Assembly (NCBI GenBank): GCA_963674595.2 | Contig: CAXXFV010000027.1 | Coordinates: forward strand, 320,001-384,000 | Reading direction: 5' to 3' | Source: a bacterium | Lineage (GTDB): Bacteria > Zhuqueibacterota > Zhuqueibacteria > Residuimicrobiales > Krinioviventaceae | Length of the DNA: 64,000 nt | The notes under the pieces: model-generated | What the model saw: the letters and a program-made list of their open reading frames with translations, nothing else | Databases searched by the model: none | What the model was told of the DNA's origin: nothing | Made by a program: the position numbers and the translations under genes | Shown: positions 19,102 to 28,562 of the stretch, in pieces | Position numbering within the stretch: position 1 is the stretch's first letter | How the letters are laid out: each line of letters starts with the position of its first letter

Positions 19102-20232
19102 TTAAAATTCAACTAATTCCGCTTTTTGTAATAGATTGAAAAAATCAGAAAATTCAATTTTTTCAGAAGCAAAAATAAATGCAGGTGCTTTGACCAAACG
19201 ATAAACAAAACCACTGGTTGCAGGCACAAGCAATGAGTCGTTTTTTATTGAAACAGGATTTTGCGGCGGTTCATAGTGTCCGATAGGAGCATTGGGGAGA
19301 TAATAGTCCTGGGTTTGCGGCCATAATTGAATTCCCTGTTTACTTTTTACAGCTTTAATTTTTCCTTTATTCAAAGCAATATAACGTTGCGCGGAATCCA
19401 ATGCAAAAGTTGTTAAAGTACATAAAGCAAAAAGTTTATTATTATTTTCAAAAACAAATATTCTCAATCCATCATTTCTAATAAAGGAAGAGAGCATTTT
19501 TGCATTTAATAAAAAAGAGGCATCCGGGACTGTCAGATCAAAGTTTATTTCTATGGCATGTTCAAGATTCAATATTCTGCGAAAGTTCAAAGAATACTTT
19601 AATACGCATCCATCAAAACTGGCGCCCCATCCTTCGGATTGAACGGTTTTAGCATTAAAAACAAATCCTCTGTCTTTTAGCATCTTGCAAAACTGTCCGG
19701 CACAGGCTTTGGCATGAAGGGCTGTTATCAGTTCTTCTTTATTCCAGGCTTCTTTTTGATAGACAAAAGCGGCTTGTATTTCATCTATAATATTTAATTG
19801 GAAAGCACAACTGCTGTCTGCCCAAAACTCATTTTCAAAAGGTCCCGGTGTGTCGAGAATAAAACAATGGTCCTTGAGAATTGATTTTGCGAATCGGTTA
19901 AATTCAGCGACAGGACCTTTTTTGTCTGTGGTCCATGGAACGATGACCAATGCTTCATTTTCAGAAAATCCCTTCAACCGCTCGCGCCACTGTTGCGTAC
20001 ATTTTTTTTCACGTTCCAGATAAGGAATCAGCTTTTCATCTGAAAATGTTCCGGTGGTTTTACACATGTCCTGGTAACATAGGCCGTGAATAAGAAAATA
20101 TAATTTTTCAATTTTCTCATTCTGAGCACGGGTATTTTCGTTTTGTTTAGTTTCCTGGGCGAAAACAGAAAATAGATTTCCGATTATAAAAAATAAGAGT
20201 AAATATTTTAAATGAATCGTTTTCTTGAACAT
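19102..20232 (-). CDS. Secreted hypothetical protein
   Basis: 376-aa ORF with signal peptide (VFA-QE), 8 bp after the permease stop; no family recognised with confidence. Confidence 0.7.
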   Translation of the reverse strand: MFKKTIHLKYLLLFFIIGNLFSVFAQETKQNENTRAQNEKIEKLYFLIHGLCYQDMCKTTGTFSDEKLIPYLEREKKCTQQWRERLKGFSENEALVIVPWTTDKKGPVAEFNRFAKSILKDHCFILDTPGPFENEFWADSSCAFQLNIIDEIQAAFVYQKEAWNKEELITALHAKACAGQFCKMLKDRGFVFNAKTVQSEGWGASFDGCVLKYSLNFRRILNLEHAIEINFDLTVPDASFLLNAKMLSSFIRNDGLRIFVFENNNKLFALCTLTTFALDSAQRYIALNKGKIKAVKSKQGIQLWPQTQDYYLPNAPIGHYEPPQNPVSIKNDSLLVPATSGFVYRLVKAPAFIFASEKIEFSDFFNLLQKAELVEF

Positions 20233-20240
20233 TTGTTATT

Positions 20241-21176
20241 TTATCGTTTCCTCAATTTATCAATTGCCACGGCAACAATAATAATGGCGCCCAGGGCAAA
20301 TTGCTGCCAAAAGGCGGACACACCCAGCAATACCAGACCGTTTCGCAAAACGCCCATAATCGCTGCGCCGATAATAATGCCGAGAATAGACCCTTCTCCG
20401 CCCATTAAACTCGTACCGCCGATAACCGATGCGGCTATGGCATCCAACTCATAACCCTGCCCGGAAACGGATTGTGCAACACCCAATCGGGCAACGAGCA
20501 AAATACCGGCAAGGGCGGCTGTAAATCCGGAGATTGTATAAGCGACCAGTTTAACTTTATTAACATTAACACCGGACAATAGCGCCGCATCTTCATTGCT
20601 GCCGACGGCAAACATGTGCCGGCCGATAACAATTTTTTTAAGGAAAAAAGCCATTAAAACCGCAACAATCAGCATAAAATAGATAGGAACCGGTATTTTT
20701 AAAAAATATCCCTGTCCCAGCCACATAAAACTTTCAGGCAAGCCGGAAACCGGCCATCCTTTTGTAATAACATAAGCGAGTCCTCTGGCCATGCTCAACA
20801 TGCCGAGCGTTACAATAAAAGGCGGTAATTTTAAACGGGTGATAAGCTGTCCGTTAAAGAAACCGAGAAACGCTCCGGCCAAAAGTCCGATAAACACCGC
20901 TAAAATGATCGGAACACCGGATGTCAGCATCAGAGCCGTAACACAGCCGCACAGACCCAAAATTGAGCCAACGGACAAATCTATACCGGCCGTTATGATC
21001 GTCAGGGTTTCGCCAAAGGACAAAATCGCAACAAATGAAAAACTGCGAATAATACTCAAAATATTATCGACGCCTAAAAATGTCGATGTTGTTACAGATA
21101 AAACAAGTACAAGAACGATTAATGCTAAAAAAATTCCAAAAGATTTGTGCTGAACATATTTTCCAAAACGTAGCAT
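20241..21176 (-). CDS. rbsC: Monosaccharide ABC transporter permease (RbsC-like)
   Basis: GIDLSVGS, PPFIVTLG, GRHMFAVGSNEDAALLSGV, GYELDAIAASVIGGTSLMGGEG. Confidence 0.88.
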   Translation of the reverse strand: MLRFGKYVQHKSFGIFLALIVLVLVLSVTTSTFLGVDNILSIIRSFSFVAILSFGETLTIITAGIDLSVGSILGLCGCVTALMLTSGVPIILAVFIGLLAGAFLGFFNGQLITRLKLPPFIVTLGMLSMARGLAYVITKGWPVSGLPESFMWLGQGYFLKIPVPIYFMLIVAVLMAFFLKKIVIGRHMFAVGSNEDAALLSGVNVNKVKLVAYTISGFTAALAGILLVARLGVAQSVSGQGYELDAIAASVIGGTSLMGGEGSILGIIIGAAIMGVLRNGLVLLGVSAFWQQFALGAIIIVAVAIDKLRKR

Positions 21177-21280
21177 GAGAAAACCTTTACGCTAAAACAT
21201 CATTCTTAACTCCGGATTATCTGGTAAAATAAAGGTATTTTTCTTTATAAGCAACATGTCCGGTGATTTTTTTCAAAAAT

Positions 21281-22918
21281 TTAATCAATAACCTTGACAT
21301 GTTTTTGCAAGTCCTTAGCCTCGAATTTGAAACCTTGCTTTGCCTGGTTCAACTGATTATAGCGAAATTGAATATTGGCTGTTTTTTCATTTCTAATATC
21401 AAAAAATGTTTCCGTACCCTGCAAGGCCGTACAATTATAAAATTCACCGGATTGAACATTATCTAATACAATAGCGCTATGGTCGCTTTTTAAATGCGGT
21501 TGTCGGGTTATAATCGCTTTGGCATTTAAATTTGTAATTTTTTCAAGTTGCACAGCATTTTCCCATTTTTCAGAGATTTTGTCCATCCAGGAGATGCGAA
21601 TATTATCCAGGATTAAAGAATTTATATTAGTAAATTTAAAAACCGAACGACCCAGGTAATAGTTTGATACACCGGTTGGAAAAATTTTTGTGTGATAATA
21701 ATGTTCAAAGGAATAAGGTTTGTTTTCAACAGGAAAATCGAGCAAAGAGTCGGATTTTACATAAAGTGTAATATCTTTAAATTCAAAATTTTCCAATGTA
21801 CGACCGGTTATGCCTTCAACAAAACTTGTTCCACAGGCATAGGCTTTAATATTGGAAACAGATACGTTTTTAATTGTACCGTGGTTTTCCACACCTTTTC
21901 TTTTCCAGGCAACAAAATAAAAAGGTTCGCCATTGCCCCACCAGAAATAATCGTGCCGGGCACAATCAATAAGAATATTTGAAAACTGCACATTGCTGAC
22001 AGTGCCGGTATCACGCACAATGATTCCCACTCCCCGATTGGACTTGCGTATGACACAGTTTTCAGCCGTAACAAACTTTATATCCGCTTTGGTTTCCGTA
22101 CCTATTTTTATACCACATGAAGCGGAAACAATATGACAGTTGTCGATAATGATATTTTCGCAACTGCGGGCCGGTCCAAAGTGGTCGGTTGTTTTAATAG
22201 CAATACCATCATCACCGGCGGCGATACGACAATTGGTGATATGCACATTACGACTGCAATCAGGATCAATTCCGTCTGTCCAGGCACCGGCGACGACGTC
22301 GTTATCAATGGTAATACCGTCAATTAAAACGCCGTCACATCCCCAGGGATGCACCGTCCAGCTAGGTGCTTTTTTAAGGGTAATATCTTTAATTTTGACG
22401 TTTTTGCAGTTTACCAGTTCAACAAGTTTCGGATTCGGAGCAATGGGATAGGAGCGGGTAATCGTCGGCTTGAAATCTGCCGGAACATTGTCCGCCAGTT
22501 TATCAGAAATATCATTTTCTTTCCATTCATACTCGGCTTGCCCGTCAATAATCCCGGGTCCCAAAATAAAAATATTTTCAAGGTTTTCACCAAAAAGCAA
22601 AGCCCGTTTTGGATAGTCTTCAGTATTCCGGCTTGCTTTTAAAACAGCACCTGCCTCAAGGTATAAACTCATATTACTTTTTAATTCCAGGGTACCGGTA
22701 ACATATTCGCCGGCCGGGAAAAGAACAGTCCCGCCTCCATCGTTTGAACAGGCATCAATAGCCGATTGAATGGCTTGATGATCATTTTGATTATTACCTG
22801 TCGCTCCATAGTCTTTTACAGAAAAGGTGGCGGCATTTAGAAATCCATAAAAAAATAGAATGAATACAATTATTGAAAATACAGTTGATTTTTGTTTGTT
22901 GGTGATTGTTGCAAACAT
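21281..22918 (-). CDS. GH28 polygalacturonase-like glycoside hydrolase
   Basis: SVKDYGA, WTDGID, AGDDGIAIK, GIKIGTE motifs; signal peptide. Confidence 0.85.
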   Translation of the reverse strand: MFATITNKQKSTVFSIIVFILFFYGFLNAATFSVKDYGATGNNQNDHQAIQSAIDACSNDGGGTVLFPAGEYVTGTLELKSNMSLYLEAGAVLKASRNTEDYPKRALLFGENLENIFILGPGIIDGQAEYEWKENDISDKLADNVPADFKPTITRSYPIAPNPKLVELVNCKNVKIKDITLKKAPSWTVHPWGCDGVLIDGITIDNDVVAGAWTDGIDPDCSRNVHITNCRIAAGDDGIAIKTTDHFGPARSCENIIIDNCHIVSASCGIKIGTETKADIKFVTAENCVIRKSNRGVGIIVRDTGTVSNVQFSNILIDCARHDYFWWGNGEPFYFVAWKRKGVENHGTIKNVSVSNIKAYACGTSFVEGITGRTLENFEFKDITLYVKSDSLLDFPVENKPYSFEHYYHTKIFPTGVSNYYLGRSVFKFTNINSLILDNIRISWMDKISEKWENAVQLEKITNLNAKAIITRQPHLKSDHSAIVLDNVQSGEFYNCTALQGTETFFDIRNEKTANIQFRYNQLNQAKQGFKFEAKDLQKHVKVID

Positions 22919-22960
22919 TTAAACCTCTTTGTTTAAGAATAGTTTTTAAATAATTTATAT

Positions 22961-24085
22961 TTATGAATTAAATGACAATTTTTCAGCCATATCCACAACA
23001 GCTTTTACATTTTCCAAAGGAATATCATAAAACAGGTAATCCGAGGCGGCAATCATGTGTTTGCTGCCTTTGGTTGCCTGCCAAATTTCTTCCACAGCCC
23101 TTTGCACATCCTCAACAGTGCCGTTGAGCAGCACATCCAGACCGATATTTCCGCGGGTGCATATATTCGCAACCAAATCGGTTTTTCTGGCTTTGGCCAA
23201 ATCCGTAACATTGCCGACCGGCGGCGGCGACAGCGTTTCAAACAAATCAATTCCCATCTGATTATAAAATCCCATGGATAAAAACGGTTCAACAGGAGAA
23301 CAAATATGGCTGTAGATCAATCCTCCGAGACGGTGAACAGAGTCGGTTATTATTTTAGAATCCGGAATCAGGAAATCCTGATAAAGTTTGGGAGACAACA
23401 TTTCAGAACCAGGTCCGCCCAGAAACACAAAATCAGCACCGGTTTTTATCACCTGCTCCAGGATATCCAAATTAACATCACGAACAATATCACAAGTTTT
23501 TCTAAACTTTTCCGGCTCCAGCATGGCCAGCATTACCAGTTGATCGACTGTTGTCAGGCCCAACATTTCAAAGGGCTGTAAATTCCATTGAATGCATACA
23601 GGAGCATCTTGCTCATGTATCATGAAAATTTCGGGTCCCATTAATTCCTGAATATATTTACCGGCTTTATGAAACTGTTCGGCATACCAGCAAATCTTGT
23701 CGAACGCTGCCGGGTCATTACTGTTTACAGGATAAACCAGCGGCACAATTCCCTCTTTGGGAATTTCATTCATCTTCCAATAGAGTTGTCCGAAAGGAGA
23801 TTCCAAAGAACTTTCGGAACTCTTTTTATCAATATTTTCCTGTGTAATTGTTTGGCGTTTTAATTCCGGGATAAACTTGTCAAATTCACACAACGGGATA
23901 TTGATTAACGGTTCACAACCGACTGTTTCATAGGCACGAATCGTGTCCATAATAGTGGTTTCGGTAATCCATTTTTTACCGGCCAACTTTGTATCAAAAC
24001 CGGCGCCGCCGCCAATTTGTAATGACACAAACGGTTTGTTACCGCCGTTTTTAATATAATCTAAAAAATTAAACCTTTTACTCAT
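22961..24085 (-). CDS. Uroporphyrinogen decarboxylase / MtaA-CmuA methyltransferase superfamily protein
   Basis: GADFVFLG, MLSPKLYQDF, SHICS, GNI..DVLLNGT.EDV, DIPLENVKA; cytoplasmic. Confidence 0.8.
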   Translation of the reverse strand: MSKRFNFLDYIKNGGNKPFVSLQIGGGAGFDTKLAGKKWITETTIMDTIRAYETVGCEPLINIPLCEFDKFIPELKRQTITQENIDKKSSESSLESPFGQLYWKMNEIPKEGIVPLVYPVNSNDPAAFDKICWYAEQFHKAGKYIQELMGPEIFMIHEQDAPVCIQWNLQPFEMLGLTTVDQLVMLAMLEPEKFRKTCDIVRDVNLDILEQVIKTGADFVFLGGPGSEMLSPKLYQDFLIPDSKIITDSVHRLGGLIYSHICSPVEPFLSMGFYNQMGIDLFETLSPPPVGNVTDLAKARKTDLVANICTRGNIGLDVLLNGTVEDVQRAVEEIWQATKGSKHMIAASDYLFYDIPLENVKAVVDMAEKLSFNS

Positions 24086-25334
24086 TGCTTACCAATTCGT
24101 TTGGTTTGCTCCAGACAATACGACCTAATAAATTATTACAGGGAATGTCACGCCCGGTACGGTCCCATTCCGGGACGGTTACCCAGCTTTCCAAAGGTGA
24201 AACAGTGTGCACGTTAAAATTACCTAAAGGAAATCCGTTATTCGGGAAAATAATTTGCTCTGTTTCTTTAATCAGGCACACCTTACCATCATCAATCCGG
24301 GCGATAAACAACGGAGCCCGGTTTCTAAAAACATTATCATTGTCCGGTAAAATGCGGGTATAAACCAGATAAAGTCCCTGAGAATGGGTGATAAATTTTG
24401 TCATAGTCTGGTTCATATCAATGGCCGTGCCGTCATCCCAACTCCAGGGGACCGGTTCGTTCCAGGTCATGGCATCATCGCTTACCGTAACATAACCATA
24501 TCCGTCTTCCGCACGTAACGACATTAAGTATTTATTGTTATACAGCGTCAAACTCGGTTCATACAAACCACGCGGGACAGGATTTGTAACCAGGTTGCTT
24601 TGTTTATAGGGAGACAACACCTTTCCGTCAAAGTGACAAAAAACAGTGCCGCACCAGCGAATTGAATTTCTGCCGTTAAACTCTTTAATTACGGAAAACG
24701 GAACGACAACATCACCGTTTTCCAGATCGACACGCTGACCATAGGCAACACATGGTTTTTCTTCATTTTTCAAGCTTATACGAAAAGATTTCCAATCCTC
24801 AAATTGCTGCGAATCAGCCGTATACGTAGCATAGGCAATGGCAAGATGCTGAACATGGTCTGATAACTTGCTGTCCTTTTGTCGTAATAAAGTACCAATC
24901 CCCAGCCAGGAATGTGAAGGTCTGTTGTATTGCCAGTTAAACGTAGGGACCCATTCAAAACCTTCCTTATCAAATCTTGAATGAAGAGGTTGTGGAAAAT
25001 TTTGTTCTTTCCAGGTTTTCCACCAGCCGTTAAATCCCTCATTTCCTGAAGGAGCAGATTCCGTTACAAAATAACGGTATTTTCGTACAGAGTCCCCTCC
25101 TTTACGATCACTTTCCGAAAAAAAGAAATGAAAATTTTGCGGCGGATTACCGGGTTTGCAAAATACCCCTGGTCCCAGCCACAATCCGGAGTGTGATTCA
25201 CCATCCATCAGAATATGGATTTTTATGTCCGAGATCAGGTTTTCTGTTGCTTTGGTCCGGGAATCAGAGTTACAACTGCTATAAATGATCATCAAAAAGG
25301 ATATTAGGATCAAATATTTGAATAATTTTGTCAT
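24078..25334 (-). CDS. Sialidase-like (BNR) beta-propeller lipoprotein
   Basis: Lipobox SSC; RGLYEPSL, MSLRAE, Asp-box-like VSDDAMTW, FRNRAPLFIA, LGNFNV; overlaps the URO-D-like gene by 8 bp. Confidence 0.7.
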   Translation of the reverse strand: MTKLFKYLILISFLMIIYSSCNSDSRTKATENLISDIKIHILMDGESHSGLWLGPGVFCKPGNPPQNFHFFFSESDRKGGDSVRKYRYFVTESAPSGNEGFNGWWKTWKEQNFPQPLHSRFDKEGFEWVPTFNWQYNRPSHSWLGIGTLLRQKDSKLSDHVQHLAIAYATYTADSQQFEDWKSFRISLKNEEKPCVAYGQRVDLENGDVVVPFSVIKEFNGRNSIRWCGTVFCHFDGKVLSPYKQSNLVTNPVPRGLYEPSLTLYNNKYLMSLRAEDGYGYVTVSDDAMTWNEPVPWSWDDGTAIDMNQTMTKFITHSQGLYLVYTRILPDNDNVFRNRAPLFIARIDDGKVCLIKETEQIIFPNNGFPLGNFNVHTVSPLESWVTVPEWDRTGRDIPCNNLLGRIVWSKPNELVSNE

Positions 25335-25354
25335 GGTTTCACGATTCCTTGATT

Positions 25355-28300
25355 TTAAAAGTACAATAACTTTTCCTCTAGATTTTCAATTTGTTTTTGT
25401 TCAGAAAAAGAACTTTCAAGTTTTATATTGTATTCAGGCCGCAATTCGGGATTTTCAGTGAGAAAAAGCATTTCAACATCGGTCGATTTTTTTAATAAAA
25501 GCGAAAGACGATTTCCGCCTTTTTCCATATTTACATTTCCGATATGATACCACCTGAGATATCGATGATGAGGTTCGTTTTTACGGGCCTTAATCCAGAC
25601 AGAATAGCAGGTTTCCTTTGGGCATTCAATCCCATATTGATATTTCACAGTGCTGTCATTGGGTTCAGATTTGATTAAAAAATGGTCCGCATGAATCATC
25701 ACAGTCTCTTGTTCCGGTTTAAAACAGGCGAGACGTTTTTGTGGAGTCACTGCAAAAGTATTAGCCGGACTGGTCGTACCATCATTCACAGCTTTAACCG
25801 AAAAGGAATAAGTGGCACCATTTATAAGATTGGGTACTTTTATTAAAGTGTTGGTTTCACTTATTGTTTTCGTTTGTTCTTTTGTGCCTTGCTGCCAATA
25901 TTCTATTTTGTACGAGGTTGCATTTTTTACAGACTTTAACGAAAAAAGCACGGACTGGTCCCATCCTCGTGCCTGTAGAATCTCGGGGGATTCAAGGACT
26001 ATAGGTTGCTTCTTTATGGCCTTTTTTGATGTATTATTTAAAACGATTTTATAATCCGTCACATCCGGATTGGATTGAATTTTAATAAACGTTTGCTGAT
26101 TGTGCGAGTCATACAACCAGCCTTGTTGAGCAGAAACAAAATCATTTTGATTTAAACTTTTAAGCGGCTGACCATTTATTGTGATCGATTCGGGTTTTAT
26201 GTCATCGGCAATAATACCAAAATTTTCTTTAATTTGATTCACATTGCAAAGTAGTTGATTATTTTTGTGCGTTTTTTCAACAGTAACGTTGGTTTTCCCA
26301 TAGAACTCAAATTTACTATCCGGCCCATCAAACAAACGAAATGTCAGCAACAGATTGTCCTTTTTTTCCTGCGGAAAAATGCCGCCCACCTGCATGGTAT
26401 CGTTCAACTGTAAAGGAAGTATGGTGGATGAATTAACAAATACCGGAATTTGATTTAACGGAGCAGTATATTCAATAAATTGCCGGCCTTCATATTGTTT
26501 TCGGGTCCAAAAATCAATCCATTGGCCTTGCGGTAAATAAATTTTTCTCGTGTCCGAAAATGTAACAATGGGCGCTATAAGCAGATTGTCACCAAGATAG
26601 TACTGATCTTCAACTGAAAATGTATTTTCATCATTTGGATGGTGTAAATACAAAGACCGCATCATCGGAATACCGGTTCTGTGCGAGACACAAACATAGT
26701 GATATAAATAAGGAACCAAATTGTACCGAAGTCTGGAATAGAATTTATAATTTTCCTGGCCGATTTCATCCTGTTCCCAAGGACCTGGTGCGCTGCCGTG
26801 ATCATGAAAAGACGGACTGAACGCTGCATATTGCACACCCCGAATATAAACTTTTTTTGCTTCTTCTGAATCATCACCGCGATACCCGCCGAGATCGTGA
26901 CCGATTAAAGAAACCCCACAGATCGACACTCCCAGTGAGGCGCGAACAGTTCCTAACAACTGTTTAAAAGTACGGCCCCGGTCGCCGCCCCATGCAAAAC
27001 CGACTTTTTGAAGGCCCAAACCTCCTCCACGCACCCAGGTAATACCGCCATCCGGTTTTAATTCATTTAAACGATTATAAATCTGTTCTGAAAATAAAAC
27101 AGCATGGAGATTGTGCATGCCGTCAACTTTAGAATATGTTAATAGATTCGAATCGTCTTTGGGAAACAGTTCACAAAAATCGATTTTAACACCATCCAAA
27201 TTCCAATGACCGGGAACAGACTTTTCATTTTGACCTGTTACCACATGATTATAATAGGTATTCCACCAATAGTCCATGGCTTCTGGATTTGTAGGATCAA
27301 AGTAATAATAACAGCCGTTGAAACCGCCTTCACATAAAGTGCTGTCAGCTTTGCGTATAAAATAGCTATCCGGTATTTTTTCTTTCCGTTTTTGTTTTTC
27401 TCGAATATGGCCGACACGACTCCAAAAAACCTGCTTAATTCCCATCTCATGCCATTTATTTGACAATTTGTACATAAGCTCAGATTGTTCTTTTGGAAAA
27501 ATTCTGGAAGCAATTCCCTCCCACAAGATAACACCCAAACGAAAACCGTCAGCAATCATCTTGTCAACTTCACATTCTGCTGTTTCAACCCGGTCCCATC
27601 CGGTAACCGTTCGCCGTGAAAGCCAGGGTTCCAGAGACCATTGCGGAATTAACGGAGATTTCCCGGTTATTTCCGTATATTGAGAAATATTTTTTAAAGG
27701 GTCCTTATCCGTAAAAATATAATACTCGAACACCTCACCAGGATATTCAATAGAGTATTTATCATTATGTTCGTCACCCATATGAAAAACAATTCGTCGG
27801 GCAGAATTGACGAGTAAACCATATCCCTTTGACGAAAGAAAAAATGGAATGGATTTATAGGTATTACCATCGGATACCATGTAGGCATCCGCCAATTCCA
27901 TGACAACCTTATTGCCCCGCTGATCGAGACCGTTAAATTTTTCACCAAATCCATAAAAATGTTCGTCAATATCCATATTAAATTCAGTCTTAAATACCGG
28001 AATTTTATCAACAGATTGAGAACCTAAACAAGATATTAAAGGAGATTTATCGTCCACACGAAAAATCCGCATATCAAATGGAGATTTTTGTATTTGAAGT
28101 GATAATCGCTCTGTGTTCAAATAAAATGAATCATTCTTTTCTATAAAATCAAAGGAAAGACCATTTTGCTCTGACTTTACTTTACCCGATGAAGCAGTAA
28201 TTTTAACAACATGTGGATTAACAAATGAAACGGATAGACCGATGGTGTCCGGTTTTAATCCGGAGATCGTTGTGAACTGAAAACAATTATCATTCACAGT

Positions 28301-28447
28301 AAAGGAATTAATATTTGTAACACAATCGTTCTGTTCTTCCGCGCATAATAATTGCGGCCGGGTTAACATAATTCCAGGTAAAAATAAAACGGTCAGCAAA
28401 TATATTTTGAATAAATTGCCTGTTTTCTTGGTTGTTTTTTTCAACAT
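25355..28447 (-). CDS. GH31 alpha-glycosidase (alpha-xylosidase-like) with Fn3 domain
   Basis: FYGFGEKF, YKSIPFF, GVKIDFCE nucleophile, WGGD acid/base, GHDLGGY, RYNLVPYLY, QYYLGDNLLIAP. Confidence 0.9.
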   Translation of the reverse strand: MLKKTTKKTGNLFKIYLLTVLFLPGIMLTRPQLLCAEEQNDCVTNINSFTVNDNCFQFTTISGLKPDTIGLSVSFVNPHVVKITASSGKVKSEQNGLSFDFIEKNDSFYLNTERLSLQIQKSPFDMRIFRVDDKSPLISCLGSQSVDKIPVFKTEFNMDIDEHFYGFGEKFNGLDQRGNKVVMELADAYMVSDGNTYKSIPFFLSSKGYGLLVNSARRIVFHMGDEHNDKYSIEYPGEVFEYYIFTDKDPLKNISQYTEITGKSPLIPQWSLEPWLSRRTVTGWDRVETAECEVDKMIADGFRLGVILWEGIASRIFPKEQSELMYKLSNKWHEMGIKQVFWSRVGHIREKQKRKEKIPDSYFIRKADSTLCEGGFNGCYYYFDPTNPEAMDYWWNTYYNHVVTGQNEKSVPGHWNLDGVKIDFCELFPKDDSNLLTYSKVDGMHNLHAVLFSEQIYNRLNELKPDGGITWVRGGGLGLQKVGFAWGGDRGRTFKQLLGTVRASLGVSICGVSLIGHDLGGYRGDDSEEAKKVYIRGVQYAAFSPSFHDHGSAPGPWEQDEIGQENYKFYSRLRYNLVPYLYHYVCVSHRTGIPMMRSLYLHHPNDENTFSVEDQYYLGDNLLIAPIVTFSDTRKIYLPQGQWIDFWTRKQYEGRQFIEYTAPLNQIPVFVNSSTILPLQLNDTMQVGGIFPQEKKDNLLLTFRLFDGPDSKFEFYGKTNVTVEKTHKNNQLLCNVNQIKENFGIIADDIKPESITINGQPLKSLNQNDFVSAQQGWLYDSHNQQTFIKIQSNPDVTDYKIVLNNTSKKAIKKQPIVLESPEILQARGWDQSVLFSLKSVKNATSYKIEYWQQGTKEQTKTISETNTLIKVPNLINGATYSFSVKAVNDGTTSPANTFAVTPQKRLACFKPEQETVMIHADHFLIKSEPNDSTVKYQYGIECPKETCYSVWIKARKNEPHHRYLRWYHIGNVNMEKGGNRLSLLLKKSTDVEMLFLTENPELRPEYNIKLESSFSEQKQIENLEEKLLYF

Positions 28448-28562
28448 ACTTGATCCTTAAATCTAATATTCCAAATAAACCGGTTTTTCAAATTCGACTT
28501 TTCTTTTTTTTAGGTGAGTCTGTTAATAGCTAAAAAATTTATCAATTATTATCTGAAAAGCA

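Noticed and set aside
22961-24085. Calling this gene hemE
   Set aside because: Lacks the N-terminal RQAGR porphyrin-binding motif of true HemE and has no tetrapyrrole gene context
25355-28447. GH31 as a sulfoquinovosidase
   Set aside because: The WMADFGE-type nucleophile context and sulfonate-binding motifs are not evident; it has KIDFCE and no sulfoglycolysis genes nearby
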